Below, piece by piece: positions 39,577-48,144 of a stretch of DNA of 64,000 nucleotides. The DNA comes from a virus. A program made the position numbers and the translations under genes. Every line of letters starts with the position of its first letter. Position 1 is the first letter of the stretch. The DNA is taken from positions 32,001 to 96,000 of the IMG/VR virus record IMGVR_UViG_3300023179_000021; one strand, given 5' to 3'. The notes under the pieces were generated by a model that was given only the letters and a program-made list of their open reading frames with translations, ran no database searches and was not told the DNA's origin.

Positions 39577-39628
39577 CACTTGTCAAGAGCAAAAACAAGG
39601 GCTTATTAGGCGAAGATAACATAAAAGA

Positions 39629-39657
39629 TTGACATACAACCAACGAATGTGTATACT
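39629..39657 (+). promoter_or_regulatory. sigma70-type promoter for gp55
   Basis: TTGACA-17 nt-TATACT. Confidence 0.8.
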
Positions 39658-39666
39658 ATGAAAACT

Positions 39667-40209
39667 ATGACAAAGAAAACTAACTATTATATAAACAATG
39701 CTGACTTTCTTAAAGCTCTCATTGATTACAAAGAGTCGTGTGAAATTGCTCAAAAACAAAAGAAATCTGACCCTCCAATACCAAATTATATTGGCGAGTG
39801 CTTCTTAAAGATTGCTGACCACTTGTCTCGTAAGCCAAATTTTGTATCATATTCTTTTCGAGATGAAATGATTTCAGATGGCATTGAAAATTGCCTAATG
39901 TATTTTAAAAATTTTGATCCAATTAAATCAAAAAATCCATTTGCCTATTTTACACAAATTATTTACTATGCTTTTCTTCGCCGTATTATGAAAGAAAAGA
40001 AACAACTGTATGTTAAATATAAGGCTACTGAAAACTTTGGTTTACTGGATGAATTTGAAATGTTTGAAGATTCAGATGGTAATATGAGGCAATTTCAGTT
40101 ATATGATAATATCTCAGAGTTCATACAAACATTTGAAGAAAACAAACGAAATAAAAAACGTGGTAAAATTAGAACATTTGAAGACTTAGAGGAAAATATA
40201 GATGAATAA
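39667..40209 (+). CDS. gp55: late transcription sigma factor gp55
   Basis: YINNADFL, IPNYIGECFLKIA, DEMISDGIENC, NPFAYFTQI. Start placed downstream of the promoter. Confidence 0.95.
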   Translation: MTKKTNYYINNADFLKALIDYKESCEIAQKQKKSDPPIPNYIGECFLKIADHLSRKPNFVSYSFRDEMISDGIENCLMYFKNFDPIKSKNPFAYFTQIIYYAFLRRIMKEKKQLYVKYKATENFGLLDEFEMFEDSDGNMRQFQLYDNISEFIQTFEENKRNKKRGKIRTFEDLEENIDE

Positions 40210-40378
40210 TGAAGATATTTTAAATCGTATTGCAGCACTAGAAGCTCGAAGTGAAATGTTTGAATCTGAAATTATTCGTGTGGAAAATACACATCGAAAC
40301 CAAATGATGATTGTTGATTTAAAAAAGAAAAAACTTAAAATCAAAGATGAGATTGAACAACTTAAAAAACAACTATGA
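40202..40378 (+). CDS. small coiled-coil protein (DUF465/YdcH-like), not in the ORF track
   Basis: 58 aa MNNEDILNR...LKKKKLKIKDEIEQL; its stop overlaps the gp47 start. Confidence 0.65.
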   Translation: MNNEDILNRIAALEARSEMFESEIIRVENTHRNQMMIVDLKKKKLKIKDEIEQLKKQL

Positions 40379-41439
40379 AAATATGTATTCTTGGTGACAC
40401 CCATTTCGGTGCTCGAGGTGATTCGCTAGACTTTCATCGGTACTTTCAGAAATTCTATGAAAACATTTTGTTTCCATATCTGGAAGAAAACAATATTAAA
40501 ACTATTTTTCAAATGGGTGATTTATTTGACCGCAGAAAGTTTATCAATTTTAATTCTCTTTTTTTAGCGAGAAAGTATTTTTTTGATGAAATAGTTGCAA
40601 ATGATATAACAATGTATACACTCATTGGTAATCACGACATGGCTTTTAAAAATACTTTAGAAGTCAATTCTCCGTCGTTGGTTATTAATGACTATAAAAA
40701 TGTTAAAGTCATTCAAAATTTCACAACAATTGGACTTGGTGATACTTTAATTGATGTTGTTCCGTGGATTTGTGATGAAAATAAAAACGATATAATTAAA
40801 AAAATTAAATCTTCAAAATCAGATATTTGTTTCGGGCATTTTGAAATCATGGGTTTTGAAATGGAAAGAGGCAGTATATGTGAGACAGGTATTGACAAAA
40901 AGATTTTATCCAGATATGATGTGGTTTTGTCGGGCCATTTTCACCATAAATCCACTCAAGGTAATATTACCTATGTTGGTACACCTTATGAAATGACATG
41001 GTCTGATTTTAATGATGTAAAAGGTTTTCATATTTTTGACACTGAAACTAGAACACTTGAATTTACGGCAAACCCATATACAATGTTTAATAAAATTATA
41101 TATGATGATTCAGAAACAAACTTTGAATTTTGGAAAGCCTATGAATATGATAAACATGCAAATACCTATGTAAAAGTTGTTGTGGTCAATAAACAAAATC
41201 CATATTTGTTTGATAATGTAATTGACAATCTATATAAAGCTTCTTGTGCTGATATTGCAATTGTTGAAGATTTTACTGATACACGAATTGAAGATGAAAT
41301 TGTTGACCAAGCTGAAGATACAATGACTATTCTTTCAAAATTTATCGATGCACTTGAACTTGATGTTGAAAATGATAAATTGAAAAAAGTGATGCGAGAA
41401 CTTTATGTTGAAGCATTGAATACTGAAGTTACTGACTGA
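40375..41439 (+). CDS. gp47: recombination endonuclease gp47 (Mre11/SbcD-like)
   Basis: GDTHFG, GDLFD, GNHD, SGHFH. Confidence 0.95.
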   Translation: MKICILGDTHFGARGDSLDFHRYFQKFYENILFPYLEENNIKTIFQMGDLFDRRKFINFNSLFLARKYFFDEIVANDITMYTLIGNHDMAFKNTLEVNSPSLVINDYKNVKVIQNFTTIGLGDTLIDVVPWICDENKNDIIKKIKSSKSDICFGHFEIMGFEMERGSICETGIDKKILSRYDVVLSGHFHHKSTQGNITYVGTPYEMTWSDFNDVKGFHIFDTETRTLEFTANPYTMFNKIIYDDSETNFEFWKAYEYDKHANTYVKVVVVNKQNPYLFDNVIDNLYKASCADIAIVEDFTDTRIEDEIVDQAEDTMTILSKFIDALELDVENDKLKKVMRELYVEALNTEVTD

Positions 41440-43151
41440 TGATAATTTTTCAAAAAATCCGTTGGAAGAATTTACTTTCAACAGGTAATAATTACACAGA
41501 AATTAACTTATCAACAAACACCAATACACTGATTGTTGGTGAAAATGGCTCAGGCAAATCTACAATGCTTGATGCTTTATGCTTTGGTTTATTTGGTAAA
41601 GCTTTTCGTTCAATTAATAAACCACAACTTTTAAACAGTATTAATCAAAAAGAATGTGTAGTTGAAATTGAATTTGAAGCCAATAACAAAACCTATAAAA
41701 TCATTCGTGGCATCAAACCAAATATCTTTGAAATCTATTGTAATGGCACTCTGCTTAATCAAGAGGCTGCATCAAGAGATTACCAAGAACACCTCGAAAA
41801 ATTTATACTGAAACTTAATTATAAATCTTTCACACAGATTGTTATTCTTGGTTCAGCTTCATTTACGCCGTTTATGCAACTTTCGGCATCTGACCGCCGA
41901 ACAATCATTGAAGACTTGCTCGATATACAAATATTTTCGACGATGAATGGATTAGTCAAAGAACGATTATCAGCCAATAAAGAAAGTACTTCATCTATTA
42001 AACATCAAATTGATTTATTTACCAAAGAATATGAGTTAAAAAAGAAACATATTGAAGACCTCAAAAAATCAAATGATGATGAGGTGAAGCGATATGAAGA
42101 AGAGATTCAAAATAATATTGAAACTATAAGTCAACTATTGGCAAATAATCAAGTTCTTACAATTAGAACTGAAGAATTAAATCATGAAATTTCAAATAAA
42201 ATTGATTGTGAAAACAAAATTAAAAAGATTACAAAACTTGAATCTCAAATTGAAAACAATATTTCCAAGTATGAAAAAGATATAAGTTTTTTTACAAATA
42301 ACAATGATTGTCCAACATGTAGGCAATCAATAGTTTCTGAATTCAAAGAAGAACAAATTAATTCTCTTGGTATTAAAAACAATGATTCTAAGGCCGCTCT
42401 TGAACAACTTAAAAGAAAACTTAAAGATGAACAAGAAAGGCTAAATGAAATCAATGAAACACAATCCTTGATTCAAAGTTTTGTTGTAAAAATTGCTACA
42501 AATAATACTTCAATCAATGAAACAAACAAGTATATTAACAAACTTCGTAAAAAAATTGAAGAACTTACCACGGACAAATCAAATACAGAGAAAGAAGGCA
42601 ACAACCTAAAAGAATTACAGGACTCTTTGTCTCAACTACAAGAATCGTTAAAAGAACTAATACAAGAAAAAGCATACTTAGAAGTGGCCTCAACGCTATT
42701 GAAAGATACTGGCATTAAAACAAAGATTGTCAAACAATATCTTCCAATTATTAACAAACTGGTCAATAAGTATTTAGCTCTTTTGGATTTCTTTGTGAAC
42801 TTTAACCTTGATGAATCGTTCAAAGAAACAATTAAGTCTCGGCACCGTGATGATTTTTCATATAATAATTTTTCAGAAGGTGAGAAACAAAGAATTGATA
42901 TGGCTCTTATGTTAACTTGGCGTGCTGTTGCTAAGTTAAAAAATTCAGCCAATACTAATTTATTGATACTTGATGAAACGTTTGATTCAAGTTTGGATGC
43001 CAATGGAACCGAATATCTAATGACAGTTTTACACACATTAGAGGGGGTAAATTTATTTGTTATTTCACATAAAGGTGATGTGTTGCAAGATAAATTCAGT
43101 AATGTTATTCGTTTTGTAAAGGAAAAGAATTTCTCTAAGGTGATAAAATGA
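41439..43151 (+). CDS. gp46: recombination ATPase gp46 (Rad50/SbcC-like)
   Basis: GENGSGKST, CPTC hook, FSEGEK, LILDE. Confidence 0.95.
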   Translation: MIIFQKIRWKNLLSTGNNYTEINLSTNTNTLIVGENGSGKSTMLDALCFGLFGKAFRSINKPQLLNSINQKECVVEIEFEANNKTYKIIRGIKPNIFEIYCNGTLLNQEAASRDYQEHLEKFILKLNYKSFTQIVILGSASFTPFMQLSASDRRTIIEDLLDIQIFSTMNGLVKERLSANKESTSSIKHQIDLFTKEYELKKKHIEDLKKSNDDEVKRYEEEIQNNIETISQLLANNQVLTIRTEELNHEISNKIDCENKIKKITKLESQIENNISKYEKDISFFTNNNDCPTCRQSIVSEFKEEQINSLGIKNNDSKAALEQLKRKLKDEQERLNEINETQSLIQSFVVKIATNNTSINETNKYINKLRKKIEELTTDKSNTEKEGNNLKELQDSLSQLQESLKELIQEKAYLEVASTLLKDTGIKTKIVKQYLPIINKLVNKYLALLDFFVNFNLDESFKETIKSRHRDDFSYNNFSEGEKQRIDMALMLTWRAVAKLKNSANTNLLILDETFDSSLDANGTEYLMTVLHTLEGVNLFVISHKGDVLQDKFSNVIRFVKEKNFSKVIK

Positions 43152-43723
43152 GTGAAGAATTTTTAGTTATTAATACAGAACAATCTTTGGTTAAGCCAAA
43201 AGCATTAGAACCATTGCCATTGTATGATGAAAACTATTCGATGTTGAAACAAAAGATGCCTGATTATACTGGTCAATTACCAAATCAAAATATGACCAAC
43301 CTCATTGAGCGTATGAAAATGACAATGAGAAAGTTTTCGGGCATTGGTCTTTCGGCAAACCAATGTGGTATTATGACCAGAATGTTTATTATTGGGCATG
43401 AAAACTTTGAACTGGTGTGTATCAACCCTAAGGTTCTTGGCCAATCGGCAGAAATAATTAAAGGCGATGAAGGTTGCCTCTCTTTTCCCGGTTTGTTTTG
43501 TAAGATAGAAAGGCCTGCATGGATCGATGTTGAATTTATGAATGAAAAGGGTGAGATTCTACAGACAAGACTTGAGGGTTTAACTGCAAGATGTTATTTA
43601 CATGAACTCGATCACATGAATGGAATTAAATTAATTGACCATGTTGGCCCTGTAGCTTTAAAAATGGCTCGTGAAAAACAAAGAAAACGTATTAAAACAA
43701 TTACTAAACGATTGAAAAAATAA
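43148..43723 (+). CDS. def: peptide deformylase
   Basis: GIGLSANQ, EGCLS, HELDH. Confidence 0.95.
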   Translation: MSEEFLVINTEQSLVKPKALEPLPLYDENYSMLKQKMPDYTGQLPNQNMTNLIERMKMTMRKFSGIGLSANQCGIMTRMFIIGHENFELVCINPKVLGQSAEIIKGDEGCLSFPGLFCKIERPAWIDVEFMNEKGEILQTRLEGLTARCYLHELDHMNGIKLIDHVGPVALKMAREKQRKRIKTITKRLKK

Positions 43724-45000
43724 TGTCTTACTCATTTGACCCTAAAGATGATGTTGATACACAATGGCAAAAATGGCGCGATTCTGGTTTAACTTTTCAA
43801 CAAATCGACGAAGAAAAACTCCGAACTAAAGTAATTGAAGAACTTACTTATGTTTCAAAGATGGATGTTAAAGAGTACACTTTGTATCAGAAATGGTGTG
43901 AGGTGCAAGAAAAATACCCTTCAACTATTATAAATGATTTATGGGAAGGCCAAAAATGTGTTCTGCAAGATGAAGATCAACGCCGCGCTATCGATGAAAT
44001 AAAACGCAATTTTTGGATACCTGAAACATCTGAAGCTTACGAAGCACTAGAACCAGAACTTCTTTACACCAATAAAGAAAAAGGTCTGCCTGAATTGTGG
44101 AATTGTATTCGCACATTCTCTTCAACAATGAAAAACAATTCAAACATCGGCCGTAATCTTAATTTTATTGTGCGTGATCGAATCACTAAGAAATATCTTG
44201 GTGTGATTTGTATTTCATCAGATTTTCTTGACCTCACACCAAGAGATAGGTACATTGGATGGTCAAGAGAATTAAAAACGCAAGGCGGTATGATTAATCA
44301 CACGGCCATCGGTTCAACAATTGTACCTTTGCAACCACTTGGGTTTAATTATGTCGGTGGTAAACTTCTTGCTCTACTTTGTCTTTCGGATCCAATACAA
44401 GAACTTTGGGAGAAATTGTACGGTGATAAGTTGGTGTCTATAACCACCACATCACTCTATGGTAAAACAAAGGCGGATGGTCTATCCCAGTATGACAATC
44501 TAGACTACTGGCAGAAAATGGGATTCACTTCAGGTTCCGTGTCGTATGAACCTACCAATGAAACAAGGTATATGATTCGTGAGTGGCTTAAAACAAATCA
44601 CACACGGAGATACTTTGAATGGTATATTGCGAAGAAACCATCTGGTCAACCACATAAACGTGACCATAAGAATCGTTCATTGACCTTTGCGTATTCTAAA
44701 CTCAATGTACCAAAAGAATTTATTAAATCTGACCATGCTCGTGGTATTTACTGGTGCCCTTTGTATGCTGAATCAGTAGAGTTTCTCCGAGGCGAACATG
44801 ACGGCAAGAATATGAAAAAATGTTTTGATTCTTCGATTCAAGACCTAAGTAATATATGGAAGAATAAACATGCAAGGCCTCGAATTAAACAATTAGTAAA
44901 AAAAGACCGTGTTTCACATGATACTCTTTTCTATGACAATTTGGCAACCTTGTCTTGGGAAGAAGCAAAGTCTATGTATCTTCAACAAGTTGGCAGGTAA
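43723..45000 (+). CDS. DUF4338/DruA-like protein, putative Mom-related GNAT-fold DNA-modifying enzyme
   Basis: GRNLNFIVRD, RDRYIGW, IVPLQPLGFNYVGGKLLA, TTTSLYG, SQY..L..W.KMG.T.G. Confidence 0.6.
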   Translation: MSYSFDPKDDVDTQWQKWRDSGLTFQQIDEEKLRTKVIEELTYVSKMDVKEYTLYQKWCEVQEKYPSTIINDLWEGQKCVLQDEDQRRAIDEIKRNFWIPETSEAYEALEPELLYTNKEKGLPELWNCIRTFSSTMKNNSNIGRNLNFIVRDRITKKYLGVICISSDFLDLTPRDRYIGWSRELKTQGGMINHTAIGSTIVPLQPLGFNYVGGKLLALLCLSDPIQELWEKLYGDKLVSITTTSLYGKTKADGLSQYDNLDYWQKMGFTSGSVSYEPTNETRYMIREWLKTNHTRRYFEWYIAKKPSGQPHKRDHKNRSLTFAYSKLNVPKEFIKSDHARGIYWCPLYAESVEFLRGEHDGKNMKKCFDSSIQDLSNIWKNKHARPRIKQLVKKDRVSHDTLFYDNLATLSWEEAKSMYLQQVGR

Positions 45001-45430
45001 AACCTTTATGAATTTTGTATTTACCTTTAGCCACATTGTACATACAACTTTCATAAAGATTATTTTCTTTACAGAATTTTTTAAGATTTTTAACCTTTTC
45101 GGTTTTACCGTCAGGAAAAGTTACTAACCAATTTTTCGAAAGTGTGTTTGCTATTTTATTTTTTTGTATTTGACTGTTTGGGATGCCTTTGTTCCAGGTT
45201 GTAATTCCTTTCAGAGCGAGACTTATTTTATCTTTAGATTCTTGTGTGTGTTTTTTGCCCAGATTAAGTTCTCTTAAGATTTGTTTTGTTGATTCGTGGA
45301 GTTTTTCTCCTTTAATTGCACCTCGATAAGACCAAACAGCATCATTTGGAATTTCTATTGGATTGTTTTTGATCCATTCACGCAGTTCTGTGGTCCAATC
45401 ATCATCTAGATTGTGAGAATAAATACTCAT
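44972..45430 (-). CDS. NUMOD3-repeat DNA-binding protein (homing-endonuclease-derived; no recognisable nuclease domain)
   Basis: GKKHTQESKDKIS, WNKG, C-terminal NLKKFCKENNL...HKGF. Start moved to ATG 45430, after SD AAGGA. Confidence 0.7.
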   Translation of the reverse strand: MSIYSHNLDDDWTTELREWIKNNPIEIPNDAVWSYRGAIKGEKLHESTKQILRELNLGKKHTQESKDKISLALKGITTWNKGIPNSQIQKNKIANTLSKNWLVTFPDGKTEKVKNLKKFCKENNLYESCMYNVAKGKYKIHKGFTCQLVEDT

Positions 45431-45508
45431 GCTGACATTCCTTACTAATGTTAGAGTGGGTGCAGACGGCAATCTGGCGACCCACACCTATATATGCCGT
45501 TAAAACTC

Positions 45509-45537
45509 TTGACAAATTACATATATATTAGTATAGT
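45509..45537 (+). promoter_or_regulatory. sigma70 promoter driving the tRNA-like RNA
   Basis: TTGACA-17 nt-TATAGT; expected +1 is 2-3 nt before the RNA. Confidence 0.8.
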
Positions 45538-45545
45538 CCAAATAT

Positions 45546-45611
45546 GCGGTGAGTCCGAGACAGCTTACCTTCCCAGTAGGCAGAGAGGTTTAACTCCTCT
45601 GAACCGCTCCA
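45546..45611 (+). tRNA. atypical tRNA-Gly(TCC) with a reduced D-arm
   Basis: GCGGT/ACCGC acceptor stem, U73, encoded CCA; anticodon stem GCTTAC/GTAGGC with loop CTTCCCA; T-arm AGAGG-TTTAACT-CCTCT; mini D hairpin GTC-CGA-GAC. Confidence 0.75.
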
Positions 45612-45647
45612 CTTCTGTTGTATAAAAACAACAAAAAAGTTTAATGA

Positions 45648-45660
45648 AATCAATGACTTA
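45648..45660 (+). promoter_or_regulatory. IHF-binding consensus site
   Basis: AATCAATGACTTA matches WATCAANNNNTTR, with an upstream A-tract, 8 nt before a -35 box. Confidence 0.55.
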
Positions 45661-45668
45661 CAAAGCGC

Positions 45669-45697
45669 TTGACAAATCACTGCGGCTAGAGTAAGAT
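45669..45697 (+). promoter_or_regulatory. sigma70 early promoter
   Basis: TTGACA-17 nt-TAAGAT. Confidence 0.75.
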
Positions 45698-45725
45698 GGT
45701 AACATAAATCATTACGGATATCGAT

Positions 45726-48062
45726 ATGTCATTTACTGCTGAACAAAAATCGCAACTTGCCAAACTGATGGCGACCGAGAATTTGACGGTTCAACACCAG
45801 AAAATTTCAACAGCCAAATTTGATCCTAAAAACCGTGTATTGTATCTCCCAATCTGGCAGGATATGTCTGGTGATCTTTATGATCTCTTGGCAGGCCATG
45901 AAGTTGGTCATGCTCTTCATACTCCCGCTGAAGGTTGGCACAATGCTGTAGTTGACAAAACAAAGCCTGCTTCATACAAAAACTTTTTGAATGTCGTTGA
46001 AGATGCTCGTATTGAGAAAAAAGTAAAGCGCCGGTATCCTGGTCTTCGCTTGCCTTTTCAGAGAGCATATAAAGAGCTTTTCGACCGTGATTTTTTTGGT
46101 ATTCGGAACCGTGACCCTAATAAATTGCCTTTTATCGACCGTTTGAATATTTACTCAAAGTCACAATACACTGCTTCGTTCCTTGAATTCAATGAGCGTG
46201 AACTTGATTTTGTTGATAGAATTCAAAAAACTGAAAGCTGGGATGATGTTGTTGCCTTGACCAATGAAATTTTCGAATACTCAAAGGAAGAGCAATCTCA
46301 AATCCAACATACTGATTTTGATCCAGACAATTATGGTGAAGATGGTTTTGATGAAGATTCCGCTTTTGATGAAGTTGACCAAGATGAAGATGGTCAAAGT
46401 CAAAACGGTACCAAGTCTAAGGCTGGTGATGAAAACGAAGGTGATGAATCGGAAGCCGAGGGTGATGGTGGTGCCGATGGTTCAAATGACAAAGGCGAAA
46501 CTGGTGAATCTAAAGGTTCTCGGCTGAATCGTTTCAAGGACTCGGAGGAATCTGATGAAGATCAATTTGAGCCAGAATGTATTACTGATGAAAACTTCCG
46601 TAAAAATGAAGACTTATTGCTTGATGCACAAAGCAAACCTTTTGTTTATGTAAATGTGCCAAAATTCAATGCGAAACATAGCATCACGCCAGCAAGCCGT
46701 GTGGTCGAACAAATCAATGATTATTATACAAAAGGATTTTCGCTCACGGAAGTTCTATCTGCGGCTGATATCCAAAAATTGATCGGCGATTTCAAAAATC
46801 GAAATGAACGGTATATTGGTTTACTTGCTAAAGAATTTGAAATGCGTAAAGCTGCCAAAGCTTTTAGTAAGTCTAAGTTGTCCGACACCGGCGATATTGA
46901 TGTTGCTAAACTTTCATCTTACCAGTTTGATGACAACATTTTCCGCAAAGTGATGTTGACACCAAAAGGTAAAAATCATGGTCTTATGTTGTTACTTGAC
47001 AAATCGGGTTCCATGGCCGATAACATGCCTGGTTCAATTGAACAGATTTTGATTCTTGCTATGTTTTGTCGCAAAGTGAATATCCCGTTTGTGGTGTACG
47101 GATTCGGTAGTTCCTATCGTGCTCGGAAGACTGATTTTCCTGGAGAGTACCTTAAGAATGATGATGGTTCGGGAAAAGTTTTTTCTGCTCATAGCAATGA
47201 TCTCCGTTTCAGTGAAGTTTATCTCCGTGAGTATCTAAATTCAAGCATGTCAAACATGGAATTTATGTCGGCTGTCAAAGCTTTGTTGTTACTCAAGCGG
47301 TCATTTGAAATGAAATGGCGCTCCAGTCGGCCCGATTCAGAAGATTTATCGAATACTCCGTTGACCGAGGCTGTATTTGCTTGCACTCATTTGATGCAAA
47401 AATTCCGCCAAAAACACAACCTAGACCTTTCAAGTTTGGTGGTTGTACATGATGGTGATTCAGACTCTATTGGTTCTTTTTATCAACAAAGTGAACCTGG
47501 ATTGAGTAAGTACACCAACAGTTTCAGTACAATTATTCATAACGTGATTGTTCAGGATCGCCAAAACAAATTTGAGTATAAGTTGAAAACTCCTGATCCT
47601 TCGAAGGCTCACTTTGATCCAATGCTTCTGTGCGCTATTGAGTATTTCAAACAGCTAAGTAATTCAAAGGTGTTTGGTTTCTTCTTGACAAGCGGCAGTC
47701 GTGGTAGTGCAAAGGCTTCAATTATGAACCGCTATGTGTTTGACGATGGCGAAAACTTTGAATCTCTTGAAAAGAAAGCTTTCAGAAGCCATAACTATAA
47801 TGAAAAAGCTCGTGTCAATCAACAATTAGATTTGATGGTGAAGAAGTTTAAAGCTGAGAAGTTCCTGATCAGCAAACCAAAAGGCTACAATGAATTTTAT
47901 ATTGTGGCTGGTGGTGATGAATTGGTTACCGAGGCTGATGAAATGGAAATCGAAGGCAAAGTGACCTCATCCAAATTGAAAGCCGCCTTTTTAAAGATGA
48001 ACAAAAAGAAAGCCATCAATCGTGTTTTGGTCTCCCGTTTCATCCAGGGCATTGCCGCCTGA
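45726..48062 (+). CDS. CobT-like protein: HExxH metallopeptidase-like N-terminus, acidic linker and VWA domain
   Basis: HEVGHAL, NVVEDARIE, D/E-rich linker, MIDAS LLLDKSGSM, TPL, HDGDS. Confidence 0.8.
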   Translation: MSFTAEQKSQLAKLMATENLTVQHQKISTAKFDPKNRVLYLPIWQDMSGDLYDLLAGHEVGHALHTPAEGWHNAVVDKTKPASYKNFLNVVEDARIEKKVKRRYPGLRLPFQRAYKELFDRDFFGIRNRDPNKLPFIDRLNIYSKSQYTASFLEFNERELDFVDRIQKTESWDDVVALTNEIFEYSKEEQSQIQHTDFDPDNYGEDGFDEDSAFDEVDQDEDGQSQNGTKSKAGDENEGDESEAEGDGGADGSNDKGETGESKGSRLNRFKDSEESDEDQFEPECITDENFRKNEDLLLDAQSKPFVYVNVPKFNAKHSITPASRVVEQINDYYTKGFSLTEVLSAADIQKLIGDFKNRNERYIGLLAKEFEMRKAAKAFSKSKLSDTGDIDVAKLSSYQFDDNIFRKVMLTPKGKNHGLMLLLDKSGSMADNMPGSIEQILILAMFCRKVNIPFVVYGFGSSYRARKTDFPGEYLKNDDGSGKVFSAHSNDLRFSEVYLREYLNSSMSNMEFMSAVKALLLLKRSFEMKWRSSRPDSEDLSNTPLTEAVFACTHLMQKFRQKHNLDLSSLVVVHDGDSDSIGSFYQQSEPGLSKYTNSFSTIIHNVIVQDRQNKFEYKLKTPDPSKAHFDPMLLCAIEYFKQLSNSKVFGFFLTSGSRGSAKASIMNRYVFDDGENFESLEKKAFRSHNYNEKARVNQQLDLMVKKFKAEKFLISKPKGYNEFYIVAGGDELVTEADEMEIEGKVTSSKLKAAFLKMNKKKAINRVLVSRFIQGIAA

Positions 48063-48084
48063 TGTTGTTTTTATGCAACAGGGC

Positions 48085-48113
48085 TTGACAGAGCCCTGAT
48101 TCTTTTATATAAT
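48085..48113 (+). promoter_or_regulatory. sigma70 promoter, perfect consensus
   Basis: TTGACA-17 nt-TATAAT. Confidence 0.85.
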
Positions 48114-48144
48114 GGATCCATATTGTGAATGAGGATATTTCGTT

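Noticed and set aside
43723-45000. Druantia anti-phage system
   Set aside because: Only DruA-like genes are present. There is no DruE helicase or other partners, and the context is a phage replication module.
45431-45487. N-terminal extension MWVARLPSAP... of the NUMOD3 ORF
   Set aside because: This region is the structured leader; the SD position supports ATG 45430.
45612-45670. tRNA-associated self-cleaving ribozyme downstream of the tRNA
   Set aside because: The downstream sequence is AT-rich operator/promoter DNA with no HDV-like nested pseudoknot visible.
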